DNA of 63,774 nt, counting the filler, from Syncephalis fuscata S228 (Eukaryota; Fungi; Zoopagomycota), in the NCBI GenBank assembly GCA_025786725.1. It is 5 parts of 5 records of this genome, joined end to end, with 100 filler letters (N's around TTAATTAATTAA, not from the genome) between each part and the next. Parts side by side here need not be neighbours in the genome. Positions count along the whole stretch, not along the records: positions 1 to 19,006 come from JAHLTZ010000178.1; positions 19,107 to 36,979 come from JAHLTZ010000188.1; 3 more parts are not named here. The stretch is one strand, 5' to 3'. Below are positions 13,301 through 25,281 of the stretch, in pieces. Below the pieces are notes generated by a model. The model was not told the DNA's origin, searched no databases, and saw only the letters and a program-made list of their open reading frames with translations. Within the stretch, counting starts at the first letter, position 1; each line of letters begins with the position of its first letter. A program made the position numbers and the translations under genes.

Positions 13301-15002
13301 AATCGCGGCCATCCTCTTAGTGGGGTGCCAAATCCAACGGCCTGTGCCGCTAATTGCGCACCTAGCTGAGTGCGGAAGCGTATAAACGCTGTTGATGCAA
13401 TATGGTAGCGTGTAGTTTGATTATTGGCCTTGGTGCGTACTTTTTCTAGCTCTCGTTCTTGCTTACAAAGTGCAAGTGCAAGATTTAAAATTAAATCACG
13501 CGATGGATCCAATGGCTCACCAGCCTCCATATTCATGATAGCACTATTACGCTGATCTACTGGAATATCATCACTAACATCGCCAGATTCGGGAGAAGCA
13601 TAATGATTGGGCTTATCACTTATTTTAACCATCGTTTCCTCTAGCTTTTCTAGTACTTGTGATTTTATATCATCGGTAGGTATAGCTGCATCAAATTTGG
13701 ATTTATCAATCATTTCTATATCTTGATTCGATTGTTGCTGTTTTCCTTTTGGCTGATTGTCAGTATTGCCGTTAACCTGGTCTTCATTGGTCTCTGATGG
13801 CTGTGACGGCTGTACTGGTGTTGATCGATGCCGACCAAATGGCCAAAACGACTGTTTTACTTGTGGCCGAACACCGCTAGTCACGTAATGACAAATGGCC
13901 GCCTCTAGTTGTTGATGAATTTTATCTCGACGTGTTTTCGCCAGACCGACCTGTATCGATCGACGTACTGTCAATACCGAGCGTAAGCCGCCAGGTACTT
14001 TACTGTAAATATGGCGCAATTGACGCTCCTGGTCAAATCGAATTTTAGCCGGCAGGCCTGTAATAAGCATAGTAGTGGCCTCAGGTCGTTTCCGATAGCC
14101 CGATGATGTAAGATAGGCATGACGAAGTCGAATATACACATTTAGTTCTCGCACCATATAGAACATGGCAATGCCTAATATTGGTCATGAGTTATGTAAT
14201 AGGCAATTATATTGTACTTACAAACAAATAGATATGAGCAGACGACATGGCCCCAAAAGCGCCGCGGATTAGTTACATTGCCTACTGTCCACTCCTGTAC
14301 ACCATCAAGATCTCCTTGATCAATGATATTTAACGGCATCATAATAGGAAGACCAATAATGCAATAAATGATAAATAAACGGCGAGATAGACGAAGAAAC
14401 CGCAAAAACATATAGGCATCAAGTCCTGCATTGCGTAGCAGCTCACGGTCTGGTGTTCTAATTGTTACGATAACCCAGTGATAAAATTGACCAGTAATTG
14501 AGCGTGGTGCCTGAACGTATTTAGCAATCATACGTGGTGCGTAGTAATAAACGTTCCATGGCCGGACTAGCGAGAATACGAGGTAGAGAAAAACGCCAAC
14601 AATAACATTTACCGTCAACGAGGAGGTAAAAGCGGCTGTTGAGCTGCTAACAGCAAATTGCTGCTCTGCTGGGAACCAGCCAGGAATATCTTTGTTTCGC
14701 TTGCTTAGCTTAGCAGGTACATTTGATGTGCCTTGCTGTATCACAAGTTCATTGCTATCGCGTGGAAGTGATTTTAAAAATAATAAATTTGATTTGATCG
14801 ATGAAGACAACACGGACGTATTATCTGGCTGCTGCACCAGTGCCACATTGTTATCGACATCGGTAGCATAGGCAAATTGAATAGACAGTAGACTGACAAT
14901 GGCGATTATTTTCATCAGATGAAATATCATCGACGGCCGTATAGCTGAAATACCGTCGACCATGGTATCTGGCCGGCTATTCCATCGTCGTAACGAAAAC
15001 AT
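10388..15002 (-). CDS. CSC1/OSCA/TMEM63 (DUF221) channel paralogue with long disordered C-terminal insert, multi-exon
   Basis: Motifs 'YYAPR', 'AGLDAYMFLRFLR', 'FWGHVVCSYLF', 'STAFIRFRTQLGAQLAAQ', 'EDVLWRNL', 'MPNSSTFFINYVLL', 'PVIWIPQD'. The exons correspond to ORFs 14175-15002, 13168-14166, 12433-12747 and 10388-12196. Confidence 0.92.
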
Positions 15003-15903
15003 ATATTGAGCCGCTACCGATAGAGTCGCCGTATTAGTTGTGTATATAGCTTAGATAGTAAAAACTAAGACGGTACTAGCGCAAAATACCAAATACATGA
15101 AATAGTGTGTGCAAAAAGTACTAGACCGTTGGTTTTGTTTTTCGCTTCTTAGGATTAGTTATCTGAAACTGCTACCATAAACGAGTCAAACAATACAAAA
15201 CCAGTATTACAATAAATATAGAACAAAAAATAGCACTGAAAAACACGTCTTTCCTTCTATCCAAACGAAGAAACACTAATAAGCAGAAAAAGTAAGACTG
15301 TACTGGAAAGACGTTTTGAAGGTATTGTTACGAAGAAGAGTTATGCGAGTATTTGTTCACAGGAACGTACAAACGGGAACGGAAAAATGCACACCCGTGA
15401 ACTTTTAAAGACCCAAATAGTCAACTGTTATAAAATTGCAATAAGATAATCAACCACCATTAAAGTAAAGTGTAGACTATTGTTTGTTGTCGGTGTATAT
15501 TGAATAAAAACGGCTTTTTACAAAGCTTACAGGTATTTGAGATAAAAAACGATAGGCTTTGAGGAGAATGGGTATGTTATGTTTGATACAATCTTCACCA
15601 GAGACATGACCCAATATGGATACAACGTGTCTGGTCCGATCTTCTTGGCTTTACTTTGCTACTAAACTATTGATACCAAAATGTAGCTAATTATGGTACG
15701 TTAGTATTTGCAAATACATTTTAATTAATAAAATAAATGAACTGTATGTCATAACATGGCAAAACAGACTAAATAAATAAATAACATCATATCTCTATAC
15801 TCTTATCTTCATATGCCACAACTTTTATAAAGCCGTAGATGACGCTATTTAAAAAAGGCGTTTCAATTTTATTTAAGTATAACAATTGATGGAAAACTAA
15901 AAA

Positions 15904-17335
15904 CTAAGAAATCTTAATAACACTTTCTGCTATGTAGCCACCATGATCTGGTGAGTGTGAGCCCATTCTCGCAATCTCTATAGTGGGGCATTCAAAAGTG
16001 CCCACTTGGCAAGACTCATAAACTTGTAGCATTTCGGTAGCGCGAAACGGAATACGATTTGAATATTTCTTGTTGGCAGCTTCGCTCTTTTCTGTAGCGC
16101 TTGATCGTGTTGCTGTAGTTTTGCCACGATGAGTCGTGTTGATGATAGTCAGATGTAGCTAAAACACAGTAAATAAATTATATAATTGATTATTATTATT
16201 ATTATGCTACCTTTAATGGTCGATCGGCTTCAAGCAATAGCCCAGCCTGATTAAATCGCTTCCTTAACAGTGCTAATACCATGTTAAAACATTAACAATA
16301 CTCTGAGTTTGCTAAATCTTTATACTGACCACTTATTTTATCTAATCTATCGCCGGAGGAATCTTTGGCTTCTACATACATGACATGTGCATTATCTGTA
16401 GTAAGTTCGATCAATAAATAGCAATAATAGTCATAATTGTAAACACTTACCAGGAGTGCCCTTCATTAACTTTAAGCCACTTATCTCCACCATTAATGGC
16501 TGATTATTTAATATCGCATCTATTTCTGCCGATAATTCCTGTAAAGTACTAATTGCCTGGTCAATTTTTTCTTTACTATCAAGTAAAAGAATGCCTAGTG
16601 TAAGGTGCAGGCGTTCTGGCTTGACAAAGATCGATTCATCGATGCCGTTATCGTTATCGTCAAGATCATCGCTAATTTGCTCGGTAGCCACTTGAATAAG
16701 ATCTTGTTGGAGCTTCGCAATCTTTTGCTGGAATAGCTTACCATGAAATGGCAAAGAAATAAAATGAGATGGACGTTGGTAAGGAGTTATCTTGATAATG
16801 ATGGCTGGTTAGCTGTATGTCAACACAAAAGTTTTTTACCTTCTGTATAATCGCCTTCTGTGCCTTTTGAATGGCTTGTTCTGTGCCTCGTATCGCTAAA
16901 TTGATATCAACAAGTTAGTCCCAAAAATAAATCCAATTTACTGCATTTTCGTACAAATATTTCTTGAAATACCGGATCTTGGAATTGTGATATTGACACG
17001 ATACTCTTGTTCCAACCGACGGATCGTCTCTCCTCGACGGCCGATAATAGAGCCAATAGAAGCCTCGGGCACGGGTACATGAATTTCTGCCTGTTGGCCA
17101 CGCTCCAGTTGTATAGCTGTATTTGTAGCAAATGAACTATTCTGCCTATGCTCTATTAACCATTAGTTGCTTTTAGTACTATATTGAATGTCGAGTATTT
17201 ATGACCATAAAGCAATAGCAAGCAAGACTTACCGACGCCGTTCAAAGTTACAGTATGTAGGCGGTAATTGCGACCATTCAAGTTGCGCAAGGTAATACCT
17301 TGCATGCCTAGCCCTTGCTTGGAATTAGAACTCAT
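15904..17335 (-). CDS. ASCC1: Activating signal cointegrator 1 complex subunit 1-like (KH domain + AKAP7-type 2H phosphoesterase), multi-exon
   Basis: KH GxxG loop 'IGSIIGRRGETIRRLE', then 'PSHFISLP', and two HxT motifs ('RLHLTLG', 'LHLTIINT'). Confidence 0.8.
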
Positions 17336-17825
17336 TATTATACTGCCAATTCTCCGTTGACAAAAGTAAAAAACCATGCAGTATTGTAAGCGAATAGTAT
17401 ACTTGAAATGATTAAGGTGGAATTTGCACTCTTTACTTGTTCCCACCATTTCTCTATTTCAACGCAATAAAACCAGTGTCTCATTTTTCTAGAAATAAAA
17501 GATATGATGCTCAGCTTCACTTCAACCCGCCCCCAAAAGCCATGCTTATTGCACCATATAATATGGCAAGTGAGATTTAGACGTGCAAACATTCTTGTTA
17601 CACTTATTGTTTTATTGATGATATTATTATATAGCTACATTTGCTTTTATATGATTGCTTTTATTCTTTCTTTTATTCCACCTCTTAAACAAGTCTCTTA
17701 TTTATATTTCAATTTATTCATAGTCTTTATGTCCAATGTCATTTAATTTATGGCTTGTATATATTACATTATTTATTAATTAAATAAATATAGTATTTCT
17801 TTTCAAGCATTAAACAATTTACTAG

Positions 17826-18270
17826 TCATTTAATGTGATTTAATGGCCAAATAACTACACTTAACAATATTTACGCATTTAAATCAAACTTTATTTCTAT
17901 TGAACATGAAACTAGGAGTAATTCACATCAGGGCCCAAAATACTCATTATCATAGATTTATTATCCAGTATACATATACACTCTATTTATTTATATCATT
18001 CTATAATATATTAGATACATTATATTGTTTATATGCTCCATTATACTTCACTCAGTCCACTCATTGTATTATATGCACTATAACTTTGACATCGTTTTAT
18101 ATGCTTTCTCGCCGTATATTCACCATTTTATATATCATTATATACTCGCTTAATCTTCCTCTATCCAAAGCTGTATTTATTTTTGTTCTAGCTTATTATT
18201 AAAAGTTTAGCTAATGTCGGTTATCTGCTCATGCATATATACTCGATAACTTAAACATTGCTAGTCTCAT
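17826..18270 (+). repeat. Dispersed AT-rich repeat family A copy
   Basis: Core TATTGAACATG…AATACTCATTATCATAGATTTATTATCCAGTA shared with copies at 27629-28225, 34180-34760, 55320-55600 and 59250-59640. Confidence 0.8.
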
Positions 18271-18554
18271 TCCATGTTGCATATTCATTATAACGTTTAT
18301 CATTTCATTATATATTGGCCATACGCTGTATATAACCGTTGTCGGTATGGTTCCAGTTCTTTTATTAATAAAAATTAACTCAGTGCACCTAGTTTGTTCA
18401 CTGAGTTATATTGATAGAACAAACAATATGAATAGGAACGAAGTTATGTTTTATTAAGATTATTTATAAATAAACGACAGCATGTCAATTAGTTATGATT
18501 TTACTGTTAATCAAGCAAAGTGATGAGTATACATAGTAATAACACATACTGTGA

Positions 18555-18700
18555 TGATATACATACTGAATAATAAATCTATGATGATGAGTATTTGATG
18601 ATTGATGTCACTCACCACCCAGCATCAAGTTCAATAGATTGGGTGTTATTAGAATAGTCATTTTAACCACAAATCATACTAAATGGCTAATAAATTAAAT
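18555..18700 (-). repeat. Dispersed repeat family A copy (inverted partner of 17826-18270)
   Basis: Reverse complement of the family A core. Confidence 0.75.
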
Positions 18701-19006
18701 TGTATAATAATGTTAAATGACACAGCATGTTATGCGATTAACATATTTAATAAATAAATAATGCGGCGTAATTGTATTGGATGCAATTGTAGTATATCAA
18801 TATTTCCAGAAATAAAAGCTGTTTTTATTTATTTAAGAAACAGCAACAACAATATATTATTATTATTTAATTATTAATTTTTGTTATCATTGTTAATAAC
18901 ATCCAACCATGTTTCGCGACGAATGCCACCAGAAGCTTCGGAACAAAGCAATGGAGTCACTCGTGCTTGCGTCCATGTCGACCAAACATGCTCAACTTTA
19001 CAAACA

Positions 19007-19106
19007 NNNNNNNNNNNNNNNNNNNNNNNNNNNNNNNNNNNNNNNNNNNNTTAATTAATTAANNNNNNNNNNNNNNNNNNNNNNNNNNNNNNNNNNNNNN
19101 NNNNNN
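19007..19106. other. Artificial contig linker (N44-TTAATTAATTAA-N44)
   Basis: Six-frame-stop linker. An identical construct occurs at the other three gaps. Confidence 0.98.
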
Positions 19107-19455
19107 GGTGGCAGAACGGTGGACTGTGGTGGCAGAACGGTGGACTGGTGGTGGCAGAACGGTGAAATGGTGGTGGCAGAACGGTGGAACTGATGGTGGC
19201 AGAACGCAAAATGGTGGTGGCAGAACGGTGAAATGGTGGTGGCAGAACGGTGGACTGATGGTGGCAGAACGGTGAAATGGTGGTGGCAGAACGGTGAAAT
19301 GGTGGTGGCAGAACGTGAAATGGTGGTGGCAGAACGGTGAAATGGTGGTGGCAGAACGGTGAAATGGTGGTGGCAGAACAGCGGTATTCCACCATCTCAC
19401 CGTTTTGCCAGTTCACCGTCCTGCCACTACCATTCTGCCATTCCGCCATTCTGCC
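19107..19455 (+). repeat. 22-bp minisatellite (GGTGAAATGGTGGTGGCAGAAC and variants) followed by degenerate inverted units
   Basis: About 12 tandem units at 19107-19380, then C-rich degenerate reverse units at ~19389-19455. Confidence 0.95.
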
Positions 19456-22400
19456 TTGACAGTCTCTGACTATCGACTATCAGTCTACATTTAAAGCATT
19501 TGCCGTTTCTTTGAAGCTACAGGTAAGCATTGTTATGTTTTATTAAATATGTATTATTGTGCGGACAAAGACGGTGTAGCACAAATAGCCATGTACGCTT
19601 TTATAATCGGCTGTTTACTATGGTAAGACAACTGGCGCTGCTATGTAATAAATACTTGCTTATTTTTACTTCAAACTACTTACCATTTAATCAACTGTTA
19701 TTTTTACATAGATATTTAGGTATGCAGTGTTAGTGTTGCTGTTTGCATTCATGCACTGTGTTTTGTTTTCAAATAATACTAGCTTTTAACAAGATCACAA
19801 GCTTCTTCCTTGCCGTGTTATAATATGGAATAATATAGATTCAAATGAATGGTCAAATAAAGTGTAAAATAATGGCAATAAAGGTATAGTATGCGTATTG
19901 CACAAGCAATCAAGTAAAATATACAAACAATACGGCGAGTAACAAATAAACGAGTTTTATCAATAAGACATGATGAGTATAGTTTAGAATAGAATCAATG
20001 GATAAAATAATAGTGAAGATATACATAGACGATTAGTAAGTACAATAAATTGAACCTATAGCAATAAAGCTAGCGGCAATAAAATACCTGCTGTAAATGG
20101 GTTGTGCTTATTATATGATCGATCGATATATGACTTAATAAATACAGAATAGTAATGATATGGGTGGATAGAAGGCATATGCATACTAAATACTAAATCT
20201 ATAATGACGAGTATTTTAATGGCTAATGCCATCCACCACACAGTTTCATGCCCAATAGATTGGATGTTGTTAAATTTAGCCATTTATCTTTCAAATCATA
20301 CTAGATCATCAGCAAATTGTTTAATATTATTATACTAGGCTTAACACAATTAAACCAATCAAACGAACCACTATTGCTATTATTAAAATGACCAGTGTGG
20401 GTGTAGCTTTATAGAATGTAACTATTTTTAGTATACTAGCAGTATAGTACAATTCAAATAATTGAATGGCATAACAAAGCTACTAGACACTATACTAATG
20501 TTGATTTATAGCATATTTATTTAGTTAAAGATGCTAAATGTTAAAGCGTTTATAAAAAAGTAGCTGTATTTGCTACTACCTATAATCAGGTTAGGCATGG
20601 CATTACAATGGGAATCAGCACTATGATATAAGCATCATGTCAAATAGTTGACCTCCATATACACACACATTCAACGATACAAGAAGGCAACAGCAATGGC
20701 AATGTCTATCAGCGAGTATAAGTACGACAACCACCGCTCGTTATAGTTGCAATGTTGGTGGTAATATTCAACTGACATCAGCGGCGATCAATGTCAATAC
20801 ACGCCAGCAAGCTGCACATATTAGCTACTGTATTAATAAGCAGTATAGTTAAGCAACATACAGCAACATACAGCAGCATACAGCAACATACAGCTGTTGA
20901 AACGCATGTTAGTACGCATGCAACACCAGCGATTGATTCTATGCTATAATTACAAAATAAATAGTAGCGTCATTATGGTTGATTGTAATCAAAATACGTG
21001 CCGACGGCCAATATATATTAAATATTGTTAATATTTAATGCTAATATTGCCATTTCTATTTGTGGTGCCTTTTCACGATTTTTCCAACATATGTCAGTTA
21101 TATGCGCCAATGCGTCAACGCCATGCGGTTATAGTAGATGCTATTACGTATTTCTAGCTGTATGATTGATAGAATCAAGAATTGGTAAAGTTAATTAATA
21201 AAGGCTATAATAGTCCTTTTTTTGTTATTTTGACAATAAAAGCCCACACAAATACTAATTAAAAAATGTATCGATTGCTTAATAGATAGCCAATTGCAAC
21301 TTGACAGTATCAATCCCTGTAGCCATAATTGACCGTTAACAATTGCGTCGATTTGCTAGTTATGTCGGCCAACCAACAGCGTCGGTGACATGATATAATT
21401 AATAAATATATTAATGATTGGTATTGCATATAGCTACAGTATGTGTGTAATAGCACAATAGCACGCAATGGTACACCGTCAGCCACACGTGCTGTGAACG
21501 GTATGCTAATCATGTACATTGGTTGTTTTATTAGCATTGGTGGTGGCGTGTATCAAGTATAACCGGCATCATTGGTAGATCATGTTATGCGGCATTGCCA
21601 CTGGCAACTATACAGATGCTATCAGTCATCCGTAATAGTACTGACAATGTTAATGGCTGTGAATGTGTTATACAGACAATGGCGATTTTGGCTACATACC
21701 GTATACAATTATGTAGTGGAGTGTATAACAATAACAGCCATTGGTATAGTATTGTCATTGGTGCGCACACCATACTGTTGCTGGTATACAAAAGCAAATC
21801 TTATGCATAGTCATCAGTTAGTAACAGTGCATATTATGCTGCCACTTGCTAAACGAGCAGACGTTAACTGTCCATGTTATTTGTAGATATGTTTCAAATT
21901 GGCAAGTACCAACACTAGGTTTACTACTTGTGTCGCCAATTACCCAGTAACAACTGGCATGACAATTCTCAATAGCCAGCATTAGTATACATGTTTATAT
22001 TGACGATCGGTAATCTTCAACAGTAATTTCAATTGTGGCATTTATTAAACACAGCTCACTACTGTCGTTGGCAATACAAATAGCAACTATTTTGCCAATT
22101 CCTAGTTGTTGCACTGCAATACATAGCATTGGTTTACAATGGTAGTAAGCTGTATAAATAGCGCTCACTAACTGTTAGTATCGGTAGCTATATCATGCCA
22201 ATGATGCACGCAGTATATTCAACACTAACTGTCGACCAGTAACCAGCAATACACAATAACAGATAGCACTAATGTAGCCATATGATTAACTGATACCCAT
22301 GTTACATGTCTATTAACCTATAGCCGGCTATGGAAATAATCAAATATCCATACTTTATCGGTGTTGACGCGCGATTACTAGCATATTGCTTAACAGAATA

Positions 22401-22666
22401 TTGCTATACTATTATATTGGCTATTGTTAATCAGTTGATACAGCTAATCAGCAGGTATCCGTAAATACTATGCAACCAGCTAGTCGGTAAACAACATGGA
22501 TTAATAGCGTTTGGCCAGCTATATATATATATTGAAAACATGCATGGTGCTTAGTTGTCCATTTGCTAATAGCGTTTGCTATTAATTTCTACTATTTAGA
22601 TAGATATTAACAATACGATCTTGTCAATAGAATAATGCTAATTTCTATAGTAATCATGAGCAATAT

Positions 22667-23744
22667 TACAATGTTGCCATTGCCAGCTAACTAATACAGC
22701 TGGCTATACGTTGATGGCAACAGTAATTTAATGTTTTCATGTTCACTACTGACCATTGACGGCTGCTTGATTGTTTATTAATGCTTATATATATATTATA
22801 CAATTATCCATGTTAGTAATGTAGCTGTTTATATGTTATAATTGATACATATTCATTATATAGCGCTCTGTAATAACGTTCATTGGCACTATTCCAGCGT
22901 CAAAACTATTAACTTTGTCATAACATCGTTGGAAACTTTAAATAGCTGTATTAGCTCAATATCGATCTGTACCAAAATAGTTGCCATGTACATGCACAAT
23001 AGTCTTTTTGTAATGCTCTATAGTCTGCAATACATTAATCGAATGATCTATGTCAAAGTATCACTATCATATCTATATGCTAAATATACTCATACATGTT
23101 TTGGTTATTGCCAAGGTATGGGCCAATTTCACTGTCGACTCGTTTATTGCACCGTTTAATCAATTTACCCATCACATCGGCTTTAATACTAAGAAGCCGT
23201 CCCAATCTTGTTGCCTTCTTTTGAATATGCTTAATTCAACGGAACATTTTACTTTGTTCTGTTTACTTACAAATCAACAACAGCTCATCAATACTACCAA
23301 TTCCCAGTTGTAGACTGCCAATAAGCAGTGCAAATCCATCAGATATATTGTCGAAATTACATAATCGATTACGCCAGGTAGAACAACAACATAAGCGATC
23401 AGCTACTGAATACAACGTAATATGCTGTGTGCATGTGACGCTAATCGATGATGAAATAAAATGATACCTTTACGCATCAATGCCACAAATACTGACATTG
23501 GTTCTAAATAATTAGCACTCTGTGTATTAGTATAGAATGAACGGAAACAGAATAGATCATAGCTACAAGGTAGCTAGCATTTCTTACGTGTATCCTCGAG
23601 CTTAATAGCATCAGTCGTCAATGGATGTATACGGAATATCTAGTATTCAATGTACTTTAATTCTGATTAATTGTCTATTCTATATCATTCATTAACAAAT
23701 GCACGTATTTCTGAATCAGTGGATGTTACTGCATCCACTTGGAA
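22667..23744 (-). pseudogene. Decayed CorA-family Mg2+ transporter (ALR1-like), left-arm copy
   Basis: Mirror copy of 29093-30170. Confidence 0.85.
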
Positions 23745-25281
23745 CAAAGCTTTGCGCAATAGATTGGCTGTCTAGTGTATATCCATTAATATTATGGCTT
23801 CATTTTTCGCAGAAGCAATGCAGCTTTTCAATAATGCTGTCGCCGCATATTTGAACTAATATCAACCGACATTGCTGAAGCAAAGCTGTTACACCGGTCA
23901 GCTGTACTTAATAGCGCTGAATCAAATTCAACATCCTCCAGTCATAAATCCAATTTTCAGCGCTTGTATACAAATTTAATTGAGCAGTGCCGCGTATTGT
24001 ATAGAAGTGGTCGCTGATCTAGCCGTTATTGGCATATTACGCCATAAATAAGCTGACAGTCTAAATTAACCACCAACAAAAGCTGTCGATTGAATAATCC
24101 TTGTAACTTCAAAATAAACAAAACACGGATTTACCAGAATATACGATATACAATACAGTTTAATGATTTGTAGCGGCGTGTAGCAATAGCTGACGGCGTA
24201 ATAAAAATCTCGACCCAATTAACAAGCGTGCTTATATACCACAAAAGGCTATGTAGCCGCTGCAACAACTGTAGCTTGCTATTTACAAATATTCAACAGC
24301 ATAGAAGAAGGCCATGCTGAATAGACTGAATGAAAGTAGACATGAACGACAAGCGGCAGATCTTACAACAAATAAAGCTACTAACAAGTGAACCACTGTA
24401 ACAAACTGCGCACGTTTATTAGAAAACAAAGCACTACGCAATAAGACGAGTAGACACGCTAAAGTGTATAGACAGGAAAGTAACTGCTGCAGTGTATATG
24501 GACCAATGAGAGATAAGAAAGGAATGAGCTGAGCTTTACAACCAATAGACCTAGCGCCAAATAAACAGCAGTTTTGAGTAGCGCATGGCTATCATATGAC
24601 AGAACGATACAGAATGAAACGAATATATAAAGTATGAATAGCAGTGGTATAGCTACTAAGCATATATGCATGAGTGAATGAGCGACATTAGTCGACATTT
24701 ATAAATAATAAAGCTAGAACAGAAATAAACATATTTTTGGATAGAGCAAGGCTATACGAGTATAGAGTGATGTATAGAATGATAAATGTACGGTAAGAAA
24801 GCATGTAAAACGACATCAAAGCTATAGTGTATATAGCGCAATGAATGGAGAGAGAAAAGTGTATTGGGACAAACAGATGATAGAATGTACCTAGTATGTT
24901 ATAAAATGGTATATAGAGGTGTGGGATATAAAAGAATGGTATACGTGAATAGAGGATATATGCATACTGGATAATGAATCTATAATGATGAGTATTTTGA
25001 TGATAGACGTCACTCACCGCCCATCATCATGTTCAATAGACTGGATGTTATTAAAAATAGTCATTTGACCACCAAGCAAACAACAAATGCGATGATGTGA
25101 TAATTAAATAAAACTCACCATTTGTCCCTATCTTTAGTAGAATAGATGTGTAGTCCAATTACGCAAATATTATTAAAAAATCATTTAACACAAATTATAA
25201 TAAATGGTCAATAAGTCGTTTAATGTTAATGCGATAGCTTTAATACAAACAAGACAGCTGAATAAGATAGCATTGCATTAA

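Larger units (their letters stand above)
19107..25204 (+). repeat. Giant inverted repeat, left arm (~6.1 kb, truncated by contig end)
   Basis: Reverse complement of 27629-33861. Mirror ORFs are identical (e.g. 23050-23313+ / 29524-29787-; 19530-19733+ / 33109-33312-). Confidence 0.97.

Noticed and set aside
18876-19006. GC-rich coding-like fragment at the end of contig 1
   Set aside because: Open on both strands and too short to assign strand or product.
19051-19062. TTAATTAATTAA palindrome recurring four times
   Set aside because: Always centred in 44+44 Ns. It is an artificial contig-joining linker.
19107-19380. Telomeric repeat at contig end
   Set aside because: The G-rich strand points inward, and the mirror copy at 33460-33861 is internal and followed by further sequence.
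19051-19449. Repetitive ORFs (PPPFHRSATT…)
   Set aside because: Translation of the 22-bp minisatellite cycling through frames; the ORFs run into Ns.
22842-23313. ORFs 22842-23159 and 23050-23313 (and mirrors 29524-29995)
   Set aside because: Antisense shadows of the ALR1 pseudogene.
24688-25017. Y/I/F-rich ORFs here and at 27815, 17900, 20056/32557, 34442, 57030
   Set aside because: Chance ORFs within repeat family A. Frames are not conserved among copies.
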